Part shown: positions 60,753-64,000 of the stretch, piece by piece
Layout of the letters: every line of letters starts with the position of its first letter
How positions within the stretch are numbered: position 1 is the stretch's first letter
Source of the DNA: an uncultured Lachnospiraceae bacterium
GTDB taxonomy: Bacteria; Bacillota; Clostridia; Lachnospirales; Lachnospiraceae
Length of the DNA stretch: 64,000 bases
Direction of reading: 5' to 3'
NCBI GenBank assembly: GCA_946491665.1
Contig: CAMLYL010000002.1
Coordinates: 16,253 to 80,252 of the forward strand
Made by a program: the position numbers and the translations under genes
Notes under the pieces: generated by a model
The model's database searches: none
What the model saw: the letters and a program-made list of their open reading frames with translations, nothing else
What the model was told of the DNA's origin: nothing

Positions 60753-61954
60753 ATGGAGAACAAACCATTTGTTGTTCGTTCCCATGATGTTTGTAAGGAC
60801 GCTTCATATCGGGAATGGGTATTGGAAATAAAAAAACGTTATAAGAGTGCACAGATCAAAGCTGCCGTTAAAGTGAATTCGGAACAGCTTTTGTTTAATT
60901 GGCAGCTTGGCAGGGACTTAGTGCTGCGCCGGGCTGAAGAAAAATGGGGCAGAGGGGTAGTGGAACAGCTCAGTCTTGATTTACAAGATGCATTTCCAGA
61001 TGTGAAAGGATTTTCCGCCAGAAATTTATGGTTTATGAAGCAATGGTATTCTTTCTATTCTGCAAACCCAGAAACGGCGGAATTGGTTAGGAGACTCAAC
61101 GAAACAATTTACATCAGTGAGAAAAAACTGAACCAGGATGGGTCAGAATTTAAAACTCAAAAACTGAACCAAAATGATTCAGAATTGTCATTTCCATTAG
61201 CGTTCGGATATGTACCGTGGAAGCATCATATTTTAATCGTTCAGAGATGCGAAACCGTGAGTGAAGCCATCTTTTATATTCAGAAAACGATAGAAAATAG
61301 CTGGAGCCGCAGAGCACTTGATGATAACATGCGCTCCGATTTATATCATGTTGTCGGTGCTGCAATTACGAATTATGTAGATCGTCTTCCGCTTCCACAA
61401 GGAAAACTGGCGCAGGAACTGACGAAAAGCAACTATGATTTGGGTTTTCTTACACTTCCGGAAGATTATGATGAGGAAGAACTTGAGACGGCATTGGAGC
61501 ATCATATGACGCGCTTTCTTCTTGAGTTAGGGAAGGGATGGGCTTTTGTCGGACGTCAAAAAGAAATCATTGTATCTGGAAAGACGAGAAAAATAGATTT
61601 GCTTTTTTATCATATCCATCTTCGTTTTTATATGGTGGTGGAGCTAAAGGTTAGACCATTTGAACCGGAATTTGCTGGAAAATTGAATTTCTATGTGAAT
61701 GCGGTAAATGAAATAATTTGCACCGAAAATGACAATCCGACAGTTGGTTTGCTCATTTGCCGTGACATGGAAACACGGAAGTAAAGTGGGCGCTTCAAGG
61801 AATTACGACGCCAATTGGAGTTGCCACATACAGCAATATAAAAATTGAAGAAGTGCAGGCTCAGTTACCAACAACGGAACAGATTAAGGCCTGTATTGAA
61901 CAGGCAGAAGAAGAATATTTACAAATGAAAAAAGAATCTGAATCAATAGAATAG
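60753..61954 (+). pseudogene. YhcG/DUF1016 PD-(D/E)XK nuclease with a frameshift near the 3' end
   Basis: GFSARNLWFM, LLELGKGWAFVGRQ, IDLLFYH, VVELK, GKLNFY; ORF stops at 61784 but the expected tail continues in another frame to TAG 61954. Confidence 0.8.
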
Positions 61955-62171
61955 AGGATCGGGAGCTGGCTTGTGTAGTCATGCAAGCCAGCCTGGTTTT
62001 TTTATATTATTTATGATATGAAATGCATAAGAAGTTGCTAAGATGTGTGACAAATGTTATAGCCAAATAAAACACTACTTACATTGCATTCGCAATTTCA
62101 GTGGTTCAATAAAAATATATAAAATTAATGGTAGTTGGTCAACAAATTGTTATTTGTAGGGAAAGGGAAAT

Positions 62172-63326
62172 ATGAAGAAGTGTTTAGGTGATATCGCTAC
62201 TTATATAAATGGTTATGCTTTTAAACCGAGTGACCGTGGATTGGAAGGATTACCAATAATTAGAATACAAGATTTAACTGGAAATTCTTATGATGTAGGA
62301 TACTACAATGGGACTTATCCTTCTAAAATAGAAATTAATGATGGAGATGTTTTGATTTCATGGTCAGCAAGTTTGGGCATATATGTATGGGATCGAGGGA
62401 AAGCTCTGTTAAATCAACACATTTTTAAGGTTTTATTTGACAAAATAGAGACAAATAAATGGTATTTTGTTTTTTCAGTGAAATATAAGTTGCAAGAAAT
62501 GGAACTAAAAACTCATGGTGCAACTATGAAACATATAGTTAAGAAAGATTTTGATAATATATTGATTCCATTTCCTACACTTGAGAAACAAAATAATATT
62601 GCAGATATATTATTGAAAATAAAAAAAATTATTGTTGTGCGTCAGCAGCAACTTGATGATTTAGATAAGCTGGTCAAAGCCCGATTTGTCGAGATGTTTG
62701 GGGATCCGATTTCTAATCCGTTCGGTTGGACAGTGAAAAAGCTGGCTGATGTTTCAGTGCTTATTACTAACGGAAATACCCCTAAGGGCGGTAGTGAAAA
62801 TTATGTGGACAAAGGAATTATGTTCCTTCGAAGTCAGAATGTATGGCGCAATAGAATTGATCTCGATGATGTTGCCTATATTGATATGGAAACACATGCT
62901 GCTATGGCAAAAAGTAGCGTTCATGATAAGGATATTCTCATTACGAAGACAGGTAGGATAAATACTGAGAATAGTAGTTTGGGGCGTGCGGCACTTTTCC
63001 GTGGTGCAGATAACAGCGCTAACATTAACGGGCATGTTTACCTTGTTCGATTAGATGGAACGGTAGTCCCAGAGTATGTGGTAGCAATTCTTACTGGAGA
63101 GCCTTATCGGAGATACATTCGCAAAGTATGCGTGGGTGGGATCGATAAACGGCAAATCAATCTTGACCAAGTAGAAGATTTTCCAATTATACTACCACCT
63201 ATTGAATTACAGGAGCAATTCTCCTCCTTCGTCACTCGAACCGACAAATCCAAAGCTGCAATACAAAAGTCTTTGGAGGAGACACAGTTATTGTTTGACA
63301 GTTTGATGCAGAAATATTTTGGATAA
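62172..63326 (+). CDS. hsdS: Type I R-M specificity subunit S
   Basis: Two TRDs, central LVKARFVEMFGDP, PPIELQEQF, C-terminal LFDSLMQKYFG. Confidence 0.93.
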   Translation: MKKCLGDIATYINGYAFKPSDRGLEGLPIIRIQDLTGNSYDVGYYNGTYPSKIEINDGDVLISWSASLGIYVWDRGKALLNQHIFKVLFDKIETNKWYFVFSVKYKLQEMELKTHGATMKHIVKKDFDNILIPFPTLEKQNNIADILLKIKKIIVVRQQQLDDLDKLVKARFVEMFGDPISNPFGWTVKKLADVSVLITNGNTPKGGSENYVDKGIMFLRSQNVWRNRIDLDDVAYIDMETHAAMAKSSVHDKDILITKTGRINTENSSLGRAALFRGADNSANINGHVYLVRLDGTVVPEYVVAILTGEPYRRYIRKVCVGGIDKRQINLDQVEDFPIILPPIELQEQFSSFVTRTDKSKAAIQKSLEETQLLFDSLMQKYFG

Positions 63327-63376
63327 GGATTCCTAAATAATGTCTATAGTGTGAAGAAAATAGTTTACGAGGAGAA

Positions 63377-63844
63377 GTGAATATGATGACGGTATACCAT
63401 GGTGGTTATACTCCGATTGAGAAACCGGAAATTCGGATGGGAAGAAATACAAAAGATTTTGGCCCGGGGTTTTACTGCACAATCATAAAGGAGCAGGCCC
63501 AGCGCTGGGCGAGAAGATACGATACAAAAATTGTTTCGATTTATGAAGTGCGTATGGATACCAGTCTGGATATAAAAGAATTTCAGGGAATGTCAGAGGA
63601 GTGGCTGGATTTTATTATTGCGTGCAGAAGCGGTAAGGCACATAGTCATGATATAGTTATTGGGGCAATGGCAGATGATCAGATTTATAATTATATATCT
63701 GATTATATGGATGGAATTATTACAAGAGAACAGTTCTGGGTACTGGCAAAATTCAAGTATCCCACGCATCAGATTAATTTTTGTACGCAGGATGCATTAA
63801 AATGTCTGCAGTACAGAGGACATGAGGAGGTGCAGGAGATATGA
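63377..63844 (+). CDS. DUF3990 family protein
   Basis: VYHGG, DFGPGFY, EEWLDFI, DIVIGAMADD, HQINF. Confidence 0.85.
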   Translation: MNMMTVYHGGYTPIEKPEIRMGRNTKDFGPGFYCTIIKEQAQRWARRYDTKIVSIYEVRMDTSLDIKEFQGMSEEWLDFIIACRSGKAHSHDIVIGAMADDQIYNYISDYMDGIITREQFWVLAKFKYPTHQINFCTQDALKCLQYRGHEEVQEI

Positions 63845-64000
63845 GACGGGAAGGAAGAGAAGATCCTAAAGATAATGATTTATTTTATACCTGCAGTTTA
63901 ATTGATTATATTGCCCGCAAAACAAAGAATAAGAGATCAGATGTGGTTGATTTTCTGGGAAAAGACAGAGTGGAGCGGATTTATGAATTGGCAGATGTAT
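63841..64000 (+). CDS. Partner protein of DUF3990 (3'-truncated by window)
   Basis: ATGA overlap; open frame MRREGREDPKDNDLFYTCSLIDYIARKTKNKRSDVVDFLG... to window end. Confidence 0.7.
   Translation, partial: MRREGREDPKDNDLFYTCSLIDYIARKTKNKRSDVVDFLGKDRVERIYELADV

Noticed and set aside
61123-61190. Short direct repeat in yhcG (KLNQDGSEF / KLNQNDSEL)
   Set aside because: Variable linker duplications of this kind are common in DUF1016 proteins

Overview
Chromosomal window from a Firmicute, most likely Lachnospiraceae/Clostridiales (inferred from SCIFF-secDF, a Csp-type protease, sortase-anchored CAZymes and fused SecDF). From left to right: glutamine synthetase III 3' end, clpX and a Csp subtilase; an AraC-linked locus of two giant cell-wall-anchored glycosidases (GH30+GH43_22, and GH43_24+GH136-like beta-helix) plus a SurA/PrsA-like lipoprotein; the SCIFF ranthipeptide (missed by the ORF track), its radical SAM maturase and secDF; a stand-alone DUF4062-STAND ATPase-TPR protein with seven exact 150-bp repeats; an SBP-vWA/XpaC/SBP operon without TelA; metabolic genes; GntR and TetR-MMPL modules; an ARG-box-bearing YfcC/M20/YtcJ/ornithine-cyclodeaminase-like cluster; an AT-richer LysR-AtuA-MFS-PhlG island; and a defence island (Fic, hsdM, frameshifted YhcG, hsdS, DUF3990 pair) running off the end. 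No rRNA, tRNA, CRISPR array or transposase was seen. Best novelty candidates: (i) a GH136-like domain with a probable LnbY-type folding partner in an arabinogalactan locus, (ii) the NLR-like protein with a hypervariable TPR array, (iii) the AtuA+PhlG island, (iv) the ArgR-linked amidohydrolase cluster. All family calls come from motif recognition by eye, not database searches.
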